Of a stretch of DNA of 64,000 bases, positions 12,165 to 26,737 are shown in pieces. This stretch comes from Eledone cirrhosa. Taxonomy: Eukaryota. The stretch spans positions 245,272,001 to 245,336,000 of the forward strand of contig OZ024740.1 of the NCBI GenBank assembly GCA_964016885.1. The letters run 5' to 3'. The position numbers were made by a program, and so were the translations under genes. The notes under the pieces were generated by a model. The model saw only the letters and a program-made list of their open reading frames with translations. It had not been told where the DNA came from and ran no database searches. Every line of letters starts with the position of its first letter. Position 1 is the first letter of the stretch.

Positions 12165-12660
12165 TTCGAATATATTATATATGCTTTGAAGCATAGTGTT
12201 ACCTCCCTTTATGATCTGAGTTCAAACCCTGCCGAGGTTAACTTTGCCTTTCATCCTTACGAGGGTCGATAAAATAAAGTACCAGTAATACACTGGGATA
12301 ATTGCTGGCCTTGTGCCAAAAGTAGAAACAATTTATATATATATATATTAATTGTTTCTACTATAGGCACAAGGCCAGCAATCACCCAGTGCATTACTGG
12401 TACTTTATTTTATCGACCCCGTGAGGATGAAAGGCAAAGTTAACCTCGGCAGGATTATATATATATATTAATTTTTTCTACTTTTGGCACAAGGCCAGCA
12501 ATAACACCAGTGTATTACTGGTACTTTATTTTATCGACCTCGTAAGGATGAAAGGCAAAGTTAACCTCGGCGGGATTTGAACTGAGAATGGCAAGGGCCA
12601 TAACTCTATGCTGGAAAGCATGGCGTCCGACCCTCTACCGATACTGCCAATCTACCGCCC
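12165..12660. mobile_element. Cluster of three tRNA-derived SINE copies (+,-,-)
   Basis: B-box gagttcaaa and core ctttgcctttcatccttacggggtcgataaaataaagtaccag; copies separated by short TA tracts. Confidence 0.85.
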
Positions 12661-14115
12661 TATATATATATATTAATATCAGCCAATAATATTTTTGCAA
12701 GATATGAGAAAGTACTGTTTCATATACACTAAAAGTCTTTCTTATCTTATGAGAAGCACTATATATATATAGTTCAGAATTGTTATAATTTCTTCATAGC
12801 AAGTTATCCCACAACTCTCTCTCTCTACCTCCCTCCCGCCCCTTCCCCCCTCTCTCTACCTCTCTCTCTCTCTCTTCTTCTTCTTCTTCAATACTTTATC
12901 TCCTGCACTCTCACTCACTCTTTCTATCCTTTCTTTCTCATCCTCTTGCCCCCCCCCCTCTTTCTCTCTCCCGAGTCTAGTAGGTTATCTCCAGTATTCA
13001 TAACTTCTCCCTCTCTCTTTGTTCATTATATTATCTCTAAAACTGTCCCTTCATCCCATTCTCCACTCCTACTTTCTGCCAATAATCTCACCTATCCTCA
13101 CATCTCTCTATATTCCAACCCATCTCCACCCCATTCTATCTCTCCACCCTATTTTCCAAAAATAATTATTATCCCAGATTTCCTCCACAATTCATAATAG
13201 TAGATAATTTCCGCCTTTCTTTCAATATTTATTTTCTATTTCCAAACCATAACTACACCCTACTCACTAACACTACCACCACCATATCCTACACGTTTCC
13301 CTGGCCCCAGTGTCTAAATAGGGGTATAATGCTGTTGTTGATGTTGTTGTTGTTGTCACTGCTGGCGGTGGCGGTAGTGGTGTCGGTGGCAGTAGCGGTG
13401 TTATTGTTGTTGTTTAACCCTTGATCCCGCAAGACATCTGTATATCTAGTAAGACAGTGGATGTGCAAATGGTGTAAGTCTGACCAGGTTTTATTTTATG
13501 GAAGACCAGTAGTTGCACATGCATACAAATTTCTCCGTTCCTCACCACAATGTTGTACTTTATCGACCCTACGAGGATGAAGAACAAAGTTGACCTGAGC
13601 AGGATTTTAATTCAGAGAAAGAGAACAGGAACAAATAACACAAGGCATTGTATCTGATACTTTAACGACTCCGACAAACCGCCGCCTGGTCAGACATATA
13701 AATGGTTAAAGGCCTTCCGGTCGTAGCCATACTGTTTTTATAACAACATATCAAGACCGATCTGGAGCTAAACAACAACAGCAACAATAACATCGCTACT
13801 ACTGTCGACACCACCACCACCCCGAACAACGATGTACAGGAAGACTCCTCTCATCAGCCCGTCTGTGTAGATTTGTCTGTTTTATTTCTGATGGCAGACA
13901 GACACAGTAAGGCACAACAAATAAGTAACTGGCAGAACACGAACAAAATACATTGTATAAACATGAAACACTCTCCAGATAAGGATGATGGTGGCAGATA
14001 GAAAGAAACTATGATGTAAAAGGAAACACAAGTTGATACATATCACTGAGTCTTAAGTAATGGATGAACTATCAAGAGACTTACCGACTCTCTCACATAA
14101 ACACACACAATCATG

Positions 14116-14239
<124 letters not shown>

Positions 14240-15590
14240 CTAGTTGAATTACCCGTCGTTGCCCGGGTTACTGTTGTTCTTATTCAGATTAGTAAATATG
14301 AAGATATTATCTTTTGTTTTCTCTTAATTATTTCAAAATATCTATATTTTATTTTTAAAATATCAAAATTGTAATAATAATAGTATTTAGAAATGAAAAT
14401 CTGTCAATCATGAAGCACCTTAGGGTAAACAATATTCATTGTATCTGTAGATGTGTGCGTGTATTTAATAACGTACCTAATGAATGCACGAACACACACA
14501 CACTCACAGACATACAAAATGTGACGTCCTATTGTTTTAATCCAATGAAAATAAAAATTATCACACATACACTCACACACACACATACATTCATACACAC
14601 ATACACTCTCACATACACTTACACACACATACACTCACTCTCACATACACTCTCACATATACTCACACAGACTCTCACATACACTCACATCCATATATTA
14701 AGACAGACACTTATAGATATACATTTACGCACACCTGTCTGTCATCACATATGTATCTGTATGTGTAGATGTTGCGTGTGTTTAATTGTTTGTGTGCACA
14801 CTCATATACAAAATGTGATGTCGTGGTGGTGGTGGTGGTGGTTTACTATAGTTGACTAAAGAAAATATCATTATGGGGGATTGGCAGTATCGGTAGAGGG
14901 TCGGACGCCATGCTTGGACGCATAGAGTTACGGTCCTTGCCATTCTGAGTTCAAATCCCGCCAAGGTTAACTTTGCCTTTCATCCTTACGGGGTCGATAA
15001 AATAAAGTACCAGTAATACACTGGGTAATTGCTGGCCTTGTGCCAAAAGTAGAAACAATTATGTGAGTCAACACATATACACTCACACACACATACACTC
15101 TCACATACACTCACACACGCATACATTCACACACACATACACTCACACTCTAACATACATTCACATACATATACTAAGACAGACACATACACATACAAAA
15201 TGTGACGTCTACACTCTCATATACACCTACACACATTATGTGTATGTATGTGTAGATGTGTGTGTGTTTAATTCTCTGAGGCCTAACATAGATACCGAAC
15301 GCACAAACACACACACACACGCACACTCACAGACATATACATACTCATATACAAAATGTGAGTCATCGTCGTGGTTTACTATAAAAAATATTATTTTAGA
15401 TAAAATCTTATATTGTTTTATTCCAAATGAAAATAAAAATTACATGTTGACACTCTCGATGTTGACACTCTTGGGGTCTAATACTATTACCATGTAAAAT
15501 GTTATTTGATTTGGTCCAGCTGTTAGAGAATGGATAGGAACAGACAGACAGACAGACAATCAGAGAGACAAAGAATTTTATATATATATC
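14240..15590 (-). mobile_element. Non-autonomous Helitron-like element containing a SINE
   Basis: Minus-strand 3' end cccgggcaacgacggg..CTAG at 14240-14243; 5' end TATATAAAA..(TGTC)n near 15540-15590. Confidence 0.6.
14876..15061 (+). mobile_element. Full-length tRNA-derived SINE
   Basis: A-box tggcagtatcgg, B-box gagttcaaatcc, conserved core, tail aaagtagaaacaatt. Confidence 0.88.
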
Positions 15591-15596
15591 ATATAT

Positions 15597-15905
<309 letters not shown>

Positions 15906-15907
15906 TG

Positions 15908-15941
<34 letters not shown>

Positions 15942-16035
15942 AAAACATTTGTGTTCGCATCTAGCTATTGAAACGGCCGGGGCTCAGCCCTCAGGGTCTT
16001 GAATTTCTTTCATATTACCCACTCTACTACCCAAA

Positions 16036-17038
16036 GTTACCTTGGGAGAGATTTAATTGTCCCTATATATTTCGGAATTACATCCATCAACTGCGGGGGG
16101 GGGTCCGAGGGGGGGGGGTCTGTCGGAAAGGTGCGATACGTGTCCTCCGCTGATCGTTGTTTTGAATATCTGAGGTATTCAGCAGAGCGCGCGTGCGCGT
16201 GAAATGGGGTCGGTCAAGCAGAGGTCGGCGGCCGAAATAGTTCTTACAATTGTGGGAGTGCGGTGGCGTTAGCTGTCAGTCCATTGTACGAACTGTATCT
16301 TATAGTATTCTCTGCCTGTTTGGTGAATGTTACTGTGTGTGTGTGTGCGTGTGTTGTTGTCTCGCTTAAGTGTGTGTGCGTGTGTTGTTGCCTCGTTCGT
16401 CTGTATTAGCAGTGTAGTATGTTCGTATGGTGGAATGCTACTGTGTGTGCGTGTGTTGCTGTCTCGCTTGTGTGTGTGTGTGTGTTGCTGCATCGTTTGT
16501 TTACTTAGACCAACCACCTCATTTCGCTTCTCTCGGATCGGTTATTTAATTGTGGCCCTAGGCGTTTGATCCAAAGTGCTTCCTTGATTCGTAATGTGCC
16601 AACGTTTCTTTCTGTCACTAGAATTGTGACAATGGGCCTTCCGACACATAACCAAATGCGGAAACAAAAACGGAAGACCCATTGTCACAATTCTAGCGAC
16701 AGAAAAAACGTCGGCACATTACGAATCAAGGAAGCACTTTGGATCAAACGCCTAGGGCCACAATTAAATAACCGATCCGAGAGAAGCGAAATGAGGTGGT
16801 TGGTTTAAGTAAACAAACGATGCAGCAACACACGCACGCACACACACACAAGTGAGACAGCAACACACGCACACACACACACAGTAACATTCACCAGATA
16901 TTCAAAACAACGATCAGCGGAGGACACATTTCGCACCTTTCCGACAGACCCCCCCCCCCCTCCCGGAACCCATCCCCCCCAGTTGATGGATGTGAATCCG
17001 AAATATATAGGGACAATTAAATCTCTCCCAAGGTAACT
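16036..17038. mobile_element. Palindromic PLE 3'-end remnant (two inverted copies)
   Basis: 16036-16175 pairs with 16896-17038 and 16321-16635 pairs with 16676-16895; peptide LRIKEALWIKRLGPQLN resembles a GIY-YIG C-terminus; decayed HHR-like motif in both arms. Confidence 0.75.
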
Positions 17039-17248
17039 CTATTTCGTGTTATTTTTTTTTATCCTTTACGCTCTTTCCCACATTCTTCTACACACTACAC
17101 ATCTCAACCTACATTCACTTACATCTCTCTCTCCACCACCGGATCTTGTTACCCGGAGATTTACCCATCTGCATTGTTGAGTCTTCCAAAACTACCTAAA
17201 GAAATATAACTTTTTATTCCACAATGCTTCAAGCAAACTTCAATACTC

Positions 17249-17315
<67 letters not shown>

Positions 17316-17589
17316 TATATACAAATAGAAGTTTAGTAAAATCGAAGTTTCGGCTGTAGCCAAGCTAACGAAATATAATCAGGAATTGTGCAGTCAAGCA
17401 CTTGATGAGCTGTGCTCAGAATAATAACATACGTTAGATAGCGGGACAAATTGAAAACTGTGGCAAGCAAGCCTAGCCACAACAGCGAAGCAACGAAAAA
17501 ACTTTCAGGTTAAATAACAAACCTGGACCGACGCGGAAGGCATTCTGCCGTGCCTCCGATAGGTTTCTATGAATCAAAAATCAACAATC

Positions 17590-20500
17590 CTACTTGCGCT
17601 ACTGCCACCAGACAGCTGAAAGTTGCCTGCCCTTCCTGGCCAAAAGAAGGCGGCGGGCCGATCTTCACTATGGACTCGGCGGATAGCCGGATCCGTTCTA
17701 CACGCGACAACAGCTGTTCGACATAACTCCACCAGTCAGTAATGCACGGACACTGGACGAGCGCGTGCAAAACGGTTTCGTCGCTCTGCGCGCATCTCGG
17801 GCAGGTCCGTCTGACAGCACTTCCGTGCCTGTAGAGTTTATCTCGAACCGGCAGTGCCCCCCGGTAGCACTGCCAAGCAAGGGATTTTTGGAAATTATCC
17901 ATCGTCCCCGGCTCGAAAGTCCTCCGGAACAGACTGGTTAGTTCGACTTCCTCGACTCCCAGAGCCTCTCCGAATGCATCGTCGCACTTGCCCACCACTA
18001 ATCCTCTATAGAACTCGAGAGTGGAAGTTCCACTGACCGCATTGCCCGCCTGGTAGAGGGCAGTGAGTGTGTGGCAACATTCCAAGTGCCAGTCACCTAG
18101 TCTCGGTCTCTTCTTGACCCAGGACGGCAGATCAGTCAAAGAAACGAGCTGCGAAAAGGCCCGTCTGACAAACGTTTAGGCAGAATATCTGGAGATGCCG
18201 CAGCCTCAGCGCGTGTCTGCGCATCATTAGCCACGGCATGCCCAGCCCTCCACGTAGAGGGTGCTGGCAGCAGATGGACCGCCTCACCAGCGGAACCTGA
18301 CCCCTCCACAAGAATTTGAAGAGGAGCCGCCCTAAGATGGCGAGGCGCGAACGGGGGCAAGGGACGACGGTCAGACGGTAGTAGATGACGGACGCGATGT
18401 ACGCGTTCGCCACCTCCGCCCGACCTTTCAGTGATAGCTTCCTCCCAGCCCATTTCTGGGTGAGACTGGCCACGCTGCCCGTCACCTCTTCCCAGTTCTT
18501 ATCCACCTGGAGGTCTGGCCCGAACCAAACCCCGAGCAACTTTACCGGTCCGTCCGTCCAGCGCCTAACGACGCTGTTGGACGGCATGGACTTGCTTCTC
18601 CAAGTGCCGAGTTGCAAGCCCACCGACTTTTCCAGGTTAAGTTTTGCTCCCATCAACCTTTCATATTCCTCCAATAAGTTGCCGACCACCTCGATTTCTG
18701 AGGTGTCCGACACCATCACGGTGATGACGTCCGCATAAGCCGTCTCAGCCTTTCCGCGTCCCGGTTCGAGCGGGATGCCCTGCAACAGCTCCAGCTTCCG
18801 CAGTAAAGGCTCGAGAGTCAATACGTACAGAAGGGAGGGGGAGACGGCACCCTTAGCGGACCGATCGGGAGACCTGAAACGGTTCCGAGAGGTGGCCATT
18901 AATTTTGACCACCGAGCAGGTGCCGCTGTGCATTGCAGCGATCGAGCTTCTGAAGACGGGGCCGAAGCCAGCCGCCTTGAGGACAGCCTCCAGGTACCGA
19001 CAGTCGACCCTATCGAATGCTTTCGATTGATCTAAATTGATCAGAGCTCCACCGAAGCCAGGTTTACACCCTACCCTCTCTATGATGTCTCGCATTAGGT
19101 GGAGGTTGTCGTGTATCGACATGGTTGGGATTGCGCAAGTTTGCGCCTCTCCAACCAAATCCCCGACGACAAGCGCCAACCTCTTCGCTAACACCTTGGC
19201 CAAAATCTTAAACTCTGTGTTGGGCAGAGTTATGGGCCTGAAATTGTCTAATGTGTCCCTCTTGTTCTCGTCTTTCCTTATCAGCGTCACTACGCCCCGG
19301 CTCACAGAACTGGGAATACTCCCGTTTTGCTGCCAGTTGCAGTAGAGGGCTTCGAGGAGATTGGAGAACAAGTCTGGCATATTTACGTAAAGCTCGTAGG
19401 GCAGACCATCCAAACCGGGTGACTTGCGCCTCATGCAGCCGACAAGGGCATCCTGAATCTCGGCTGAAGTAATTGGCCTTTCGCAGCGCCCAGCGTCAGC
19501 CGTCGAGAGTTGCGGCAAGCCATCGAGGTAGGGACTGAAGTCCGCCACCGTCTCTGACCCGCCACTTCCCTCGAACAACTGAGCAAAATGTTGGCGAAAG
19601 GCCTCACACATCCGCTTGGAATCGCTCAGCTCGTGTCCGTCTCGGTCCGTCAAAAACCGAATCGTGGTTTTATTCCCACGCGGGCCCATCGAACAGCTTT
19701 GGTTCCCTCGTTTCTCAGAGCACGCGCCTTAGTTCTGACAATGCAACCTTCGTGTTTCGCATTGAAGAAATGGTCTAATGCCATTCTCGCCGCTAGCACG
19801 TCAGTTGCAATGCCACTACCAATAGCCTCGTCTAACTTATTTACCAACTCCCCCTCCTTTCTATTATTTTCTAACGCTACTTCTTTGATAAACTCTATCG
19901 ACATTACTCTAATTTCTCTTTTGAGAGCCGCCCACCATCTATTGTTGACGACTCACCCTGTCAACTTTTTCTTAACTAAATTGTTGACCTGGTCCCTGTA
20001 AACCTTACGTGCCTGAAATGACATGTTTAGCTTCCAGTAACCAGGTCCTAACCTACGCGTCTTATCTAGGTCGACCATACAGATCATCAATTTGTGATCT
20101 GAATAGGCGACCGTTTTAAAACGTGGACAGCTTACACTATTTCTGTCTATTTTCCTAATGAATATCCTGTCTATATACGATCTAGAAGACCCTATGCGGT
20201 TAGTCCAGGTCCACACTGGCGCATTAGGGAAATCTAGTCGATACCTGTCAGACAGTTGGAACAGGCTAATCATGTTCTTGAGGCTTTTGCACCCCCCGCT
20301 CCTATCGGATACTCCCACACAGTCCCAGCGTGCGTCTAAGATGCCGTTCCAGTCCCCCGCTAACAGTAAAGGGCGAGACGTACCCAGAAAGGCTTCCAGG
20401 CGTCTAAAGAAGTCCGGCCGATCATTTAAACTTCCTACTCTTAATACGGCCATGTTGGCAGGTTAAAAAGAGAGAGAGGAAAGGTTTACTTACCTTCCGG

Positions 20501-22560
20501 GCTCTTGTGAAGGTCGTGTGGTTCGACCTCCATAGTTGGTGGGGTTTCTTTTGGGAACCCCAAGTATTGAAGTGGGTTTTTCGTTCGGGGTTCCCACATC
20601 CCGAGGAAAGCTGTCTCGTATCTCTTTGTATAGATCGAGCGACATTTGCACCAGAGACAAATCTTCCGGCACGCGAAATGAGCTCGATTTAAAAATTTCC
20701 TCCTCTTTTTGTATATTTTCACTTCATGCTACGAGGGCCATCAATTCCTTGTGGCCCTCCTGACGAGCACGAAGTTTGTATGTTTTGTTGGTGTGATTTT
20801 ATTTGTTTGGGTGGCTGTGGTGGTGATGGTTTTGGTGGTGGTGTTTCGGTTGTGTCTGTTTGTTGTGAGTGCGGTGTCTGTGGTTTCAGATGTTTGTGAG
20901 TGTATTTGTTCTTGCGTCTGTTTAGGTTGTTTGCATTTGGGGGATTCTGGTGATGGTGGTGTTGATGTTGGTGTTATTGGAGAGATGTTTGCGTGGGTGG
21001 TGTCTGCATTTTTTATTGTGGGTGATTTTGTGCTTTGTTGAGTTTTTTTTTTCTTTTTGTTGAGTTTTTTGTATTTTGGGGGATTTGGGTTTTCCCTCAT
21101 CTTCACTACTGGTAGATGAGGGGGTCTGTGTCTGTAAGTGTGTCTGTGTGTGTGTTTATGTTTTTATTGGTGTGTGTATTTTGAGGGGAGGGGGAATTTG
21201 ACAACTCCCCCCCCCCCCGGGTGGTCAATGTTGGTGGTGGTCTTTCTATTGGTGTTGTTGTTGGTGGTTTTGCCAGTGCTGCTGTTGTTTGTGGTCCTCG
21301 CCCCGTCGTCGGCAGCAGTGGAGCCTTTCCACCCCTTGCATCTTTCAGTAGTTGAGGGCAGAAGGCTCGCAAATGGGTTTTTTCCCCACAAACAAAACAA
21401 TGCGGCCTTTTGCCCTCGGTCATAATATGAAGGACCGTCCCATTCTGAAGGCGGATGTGGTCCGGGATTGTCTTCACATTCTTGGGCCTCATCTGGAGAA
21501 GGATCTCCAGGTCAACCCTGGACCAGTCCTCTCTGGCCGTTCTGGTCACTTCTATCGGGGCGGTATCCGTCCCCTCCACAATCACACATCCCAGAAGCCA
21601 CCACATGTCAAGTCCTGGTGGGATTCTTGGAATGCGGAGACGGGCCGTTCTTTTTCCCATGTGGGAGGGGTACATTATGACCTTGCTGGTTTTGCAAGGA
21701 GTCATAGTGTGTTTCAGAGCGAGGTCTTCTGACTTGAACAGCACCGAAATGGTGCCGTACTGTCTGCCCCTCGCTATATATTCGGTGTCTTCTCTGATGC
21801 ACCTCAGCGCGACTTCGACATCTGCTTGTAGGATTAAAGCTGCCCTTTTGGTTTGTGCTGAGATGCATCTATAATGCACCGTTCTACGCTCCACTGCCTT
21901 AATAGCTTCTACCGGGACAGTTAAGTTGGCCCAGGTTTGCTCTTGCTTGATGAGCTTCCAGGCCTGGGCCAACTTTTCATTTTTATTTGAGAGATCCATG
22001 TTGAAGCATGGCCTCTTTTTTGCTGCTGCCGCAGCGAAAGTGTTCTTCTTGTTGTGGTTGGGGTGTTTTTGTTGTCGTTGTTCTTGTTGGTGTTGTTGTT
22101 ATCACAGTCACTGTTATCATTGTTGTCTTTGGTGCCGCCGTTATTCTCCGGGCAGTTGGTATTGTTGCTGTTGGATTTGTCACTATTTGTTTTCATGTTA
22201 GTGATGTTGATATTGTTGTTGCATATGTCATTTTTTCTGTTATCTGTATTTTCGTTGTCAATGTTACTGTCATTTTTTTCAAAATTAGAGTTCTCAGTGT
22301 TGTTATCATTGCTGTCTTTGTTCACATTGTTTGTGGTGGTGTCTGGTGTATCAATTCCTGTTAATTTCGCCGTAGCGCTCCTCTCAACTTTTACGTCGTT
22401 GTCGCACGACAGCAGACATATCGCTGGGGGTGTGGCTCAGCCATGTTTTTTCTGGGGTTTTTTTCTCGATAACTTTTTAAAATTTTAAAAAGTTCAAATA
22501 TTTAGGCCAAAAGGCCCAAATATTATTCTTTCCCCTTCACTGGGCAAAGTCCAATGGCTT
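17590..22560 (-). mobile_element. L1/Tx1-clade LINE copy A (ORF1 + ORF2, degraded)
   Basis: ORF1 from ATG 22444 with Asn-rich N-terminus and CCHC knuckle CFVCGEKTHLRAFC; ORF2 from 20453 with APE (GDWNG, SYIDRIF, SDH), RT (KSPGLDGLP, NFRPITL, DQSKAFDRV, AYADV) and CPRC..ETVLHAL..C; several frameshifts. Confidence 0.93.
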
Positions 22561-22624
22561 GTATGCCTTACACAACAACAACAAAATTAATAAATCAGTT
22601 TTGACAGGTAAGTAAATAAACTTA

Positions 22625-25600
22625 CGAGAGCGAGCAGGACGGTTTCGTCGCCCTGCGCGCATCTCGGACATGCGCGGCTGACGGCACCTCCATGCCTGTA
22701 GAGTTTATCCCGAACTGGCAAAGCTCCTCGGTAGCACTGCCAGGCCAGGGATTTCTGGAAGTTGTCCATAAGCCCCGGCCCGAAAGTCCTTCCGAAGAGA
22801 TTGGCTAGTTGATTTTTGTCGACGCTAGAGTTTCTCCAAGTACGTCGTCGCTCTTCCCCTCCACTAATCCTCTATAGAACGCCAAGGTGGAGTTTCCACC
22901 GATCACATTGCCCGATTGGTCGAGGGCTGTGAGCGCCTGAAGACATTCCAGTCTCCAAGCGCTCCCTCTCGGTCTTCGCTTGACCCAGGACTGCACCTCC
23001 GCTCGACCTTTCAGGGATAGCTTCCTCTCGGTCCATTTCTGGGTGAGAGAAGCCACCCTGCTCGTCACCTCGTCCCAGTTTTTGTCCGTCTGGAGGTCCG
23101 GACCGAACCAGACCCCTAGCAATTTAACCGGTCCGTGCGTACAGCGCCCGACGACGCTGTTGGATGGCATGGACCTTCCTCTCCAGGTGCCGAGCTGCAA
23201 GCCCACTGACTTTTCCTGGTTTATCTTTGCTCCTGTCACCGCTTCGTATTCCATGAGAGCGGTGCCGAGCATCTGGACGTGTCTGGTGCTCGACACCACC
23301 ACGGTGACGTCGTCAGCGTAAGCCGACTCGGATTTCCCGCATCCTAGTTCGCGTGGGACGCCCCTCATCGCCCCCAGTTTGTGAAGTAACAGCTCGAGAG
23401 CCAATACGTACAAGAGGGACGAGAGGGGACAACCCTGGCGGACTGAGCGCATGATGCTGAACAGCTGCGACAGGTGACCGTTCACCCTCACGACTGAGCA
23501 GATGTCGCTGTACATTGCTGCGATCCAATCCCTGAAAACGGGCCCGAAACCGGCTGCCTCGAGGATCGCCGCCAGGTACCGATGGTCGACCCTATTGAAT
23601 GCTTTGGATTGATCCAAGTTGATCAGAGCCCCACCCTTGCCAGGTTCCTTAACCACCCTCTCTATGATGTATCGCATGAGGTGGAGGTTGTCGTGTATGG
23701 ATCTGTCAGGAATGCCTCTCCCACCAGACCCTTGACGACAAGCGCCAACCTCGTTGCTAACACCTTGGCCAAAATCTTGAACTCTTCGTTTAGCAGGGTT
23801 ATGGGCCTGAAATTATCGATAACATCCCCCTTGTTCGGGTCTTTTCTCAGCAGCGCCACTGCTCCCCGGCTCACAAAACTGGGAATGCTCCTGTTCTGCT
23901 GCCAGTTGCAGTAGACGTCTGCCAAGAGGTCACCGAATAAGTCTGGCATAAATGCATAAAGCTCGTAGGGTAGACCATCCAAACCTGGCGATTTACCCCT
24001 TGTGCAGTTAGCCATCGCTTCCCGTATTTCACCGGCTGTATATGGCTTTTCGCAACACTGTGCTGCGGTCGTCGAGAGCCGAGGCAGTCCGTCGAGGTAT
24101 GCACTGAAGTCCATGCCCAGATCCGGGCCGCCGCTGCTCCCGAACAGTTCAGCAAAGTGCTGCTGAAAAGCTTCACACATCCACTCGAGTTCGAGCATCA
24201 CGCACCCGTTTTGGTCAGACAAAGACCGAATTGTGGCTTTGTTGCCACGTCGCGCCTCTGCCACCCGGGCCCATTGGACGGCTTTTGTCCCCTCGTGTTT
24301 CAGAGCACGCGCTCTAGCTCTGACAACGCAGCCTTCGTGTTTTGCGTTGAAGAATTTATTTCGAGTGCCAATCTCGCCGCAAGCACGTCGGTTGCGATGC
24401 CTGTGCTAAACTCCTCTTCTAGCTTTCTGACTATTTCTCCCTCTACTCTATTTTCCTCTATCACTACTCCTTTGCTAAACCTAATCGACTCTACTTTAAT
24501 TGCCCTTTTCAGGGCGAACCACCACCTGTTGTTGACGATCGCTCCCGTCAACGCCCGCTTAACTAATACGCTAATCCGGTCTCTGTAGGCTTTGCGCGCC
24601 GGGAAAGACGCGTTCAGCTTCCAGTAACCAGGCCCTTGTCTATGAAGTCTGTCTATGTCGATCTCACAGATCACAAATTTGTGGTCTGTGTAGTCGATTA
24701 TTTTAAATTGTGGTCAACTTATACTAGCCTTATCTAGTTCTCTGCAGAATACCCTATCGAGATACGATCTGAATGACCCGATGCAGTTTGTCCATGTCCA
24801 CATTGGCACATTCGGGTGATCCAGTCGATACCTGTCAGACAATTCAAAACGTCTGAGCAGGTTTGTGAGGCTCTTGCACCCTCCTCCCCTATCCACTAGC
24901 CCCACTCGATCCCAGCGTGCATCCAAGATACCGTTCCAGTCGCCCACTAACACTAAAGAGCGGGACGTTCCAAGAAAGGTCTCTAGACGTCTGAAGAAAT
25001 CTGGCCGTCCTGCCCCTGTTGGGGCGTAGACGGCTACTAGCCTGAAAGCATTGCCTTCGCTGCCGGTCACGTCCAGCACCACCGACTTACCTTCTGGGTC
25101 CAGGAAGATGGCCCGTATCGCGAGATCCAAGCCTCTCCGAAAAAGGACAGCAACCCCTCCCCCGATCCTGGACGGCTGGGAGATGCGTATACATCGTAGC
25201 TGCCGAAGATCGGTGCGAAGGCTTGTGCTTCAGAGATTCTGGTTTCACTGATGGTCACCACATCTATGTTTAGTGACCTAAGGTCATTGAGCAGGTGACC
25301 CTGCTTCCAAGATGACCCCAGGCTACGTGCATTTATACTGCCTATTCTGAGTACGGCCATGTTGGATGAGAAACGGGGCAAGTGAGAAAGGGTCACTTAC
25401 CTTGTTCGTGTGATGAAGGGACAGTAGAACCGTCCTTTTCGCTGGCCATGGGTGTTTCCAAGAGGATGTCAGTGTATATCCTCTTGGTTACCGACCCTCT
25501 GAATTCTCTAACAGCGTTGGGAAATTTTTGTTTTAAAGGTTTGTACTGTTCTATTGAGATTTCGATGATGCTTATGTTTGTCGGGAGAGTTCTTGGTGTT

Positions 25601-26715
25601 GGTAGGGTGTAGTAGTATTTTTCTGTGATGTCTGTGTACTGCTTTATATATTGTATGAGTTCTTTTTTTGCCATGTTTATGGCTGTGTACTTTTTGGGGG
25701 TAGGGGTGATTTTGTTGCTGTTTTCTTCTTGTTGCTGTTTGGTGTGTGTGTCTTGTTGTGTTTGCGTTGTTGGTGTTTTTTGGTGATGCTGGTGGTGGTG
25801 TGATTGTTGTTGTCAGTGGTGTTTGTGGTGGTGATGGTGGTGGTGTTGCTGCAAGTTTCCTTGCTGCCTTTACCCCTTTATATGCCTTCGCTTTTGGAGG
25901 GTGAATCTAAGGGGTTTTTTCTTTTTTCTTTTTTAGTGGCAGACCGTTTGCCACTTCACTCCCGCCTCAAACTCCATGTCGGATTCTGTGGCGTCTGGGA
26001 GGGGTATGTGCTCCACGGCTGTTGGTGGTGGTAGTGGAGCCCTCTTGGGCAATTTTGTTGCTGGTGTAGCTTCTTCAAATGTAGCTATTGGTGTTGCCGC
26101 CATTAATGATGCTGCTTTAGTTATCCGTGGCCTTGGTACGGGTGCTACAGGCGTTGCCCTCCTACTCACCGTGGAAGGGGCTTCTTTGTTTGTTGCCTGC
26201 CCTGCTCTTGGAAGCAGCGGACCAAGTATTGGAAGGAGGGGGGCGCCTTCTTCGCTGTCTTCTGCGGGCAAAAGGCCCTGAGGTGACCCTTCGACTCACA
26301 GAGATAACATTTTGGCTGTCTTCCTTCTACGCTTATAGGGAGCTGGAGTCCTTCCACAATGTCTATGATATCGGGGATAGCGTCGATACATTCCTAGTCA
26401 GTTTGTATTAGCATTTGCATGCCTATACCTGACCAGTTCTCTCTCCCTATTTTTTCTACTTGCAGCATGGTCGTCCTGTTCCCGATTCCAGCAAGGACAG
26501 ACGCGGCCAGCCAAGGTATGGGCACGTCGGGTGGGACCTGGGTCACTTTGACCCTCACAATTTTCTGCCCGCAGTAGGAGGACACCAAGACTATCTCCTC
26601 ACTCTTTAGGGTTTCCAAAGAGTGAGACTTTGCTTCCTGGGGGGTGGCGAAAAGTACGTCTACTGTGGCGTACTTTCTGCCTCGGGTGATGTGGGTTTTG
26701 CATGCCCAGACGCAC
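22625..26715 (-). mobile_element. L1/Tx1-clade LINE copy B (both ends truncated)
   Basis: ORF1 pieces with CYLCESKGHLRAFC; ORF2 from ATG 25360 with APE (VYAP, GDWN, YLDRVF), RT (RQGCPLS, AYADD) and C-terminal CPRC. Confidence 0.93.
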
Positions 26716-26737
26716 CCAAGGCAATAATAATAATAAT

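Noticed and set aside
17400-17495. TTGATGA-gctgt..acagc-GAAGC
   Set aside because: Both core halves deviate and there is no NUH or stem I.
17698-25612. Plus-strand ORFs over the LINEs
   Set aside because: Antisense shadows of GC-rich ORF1/ORF2.
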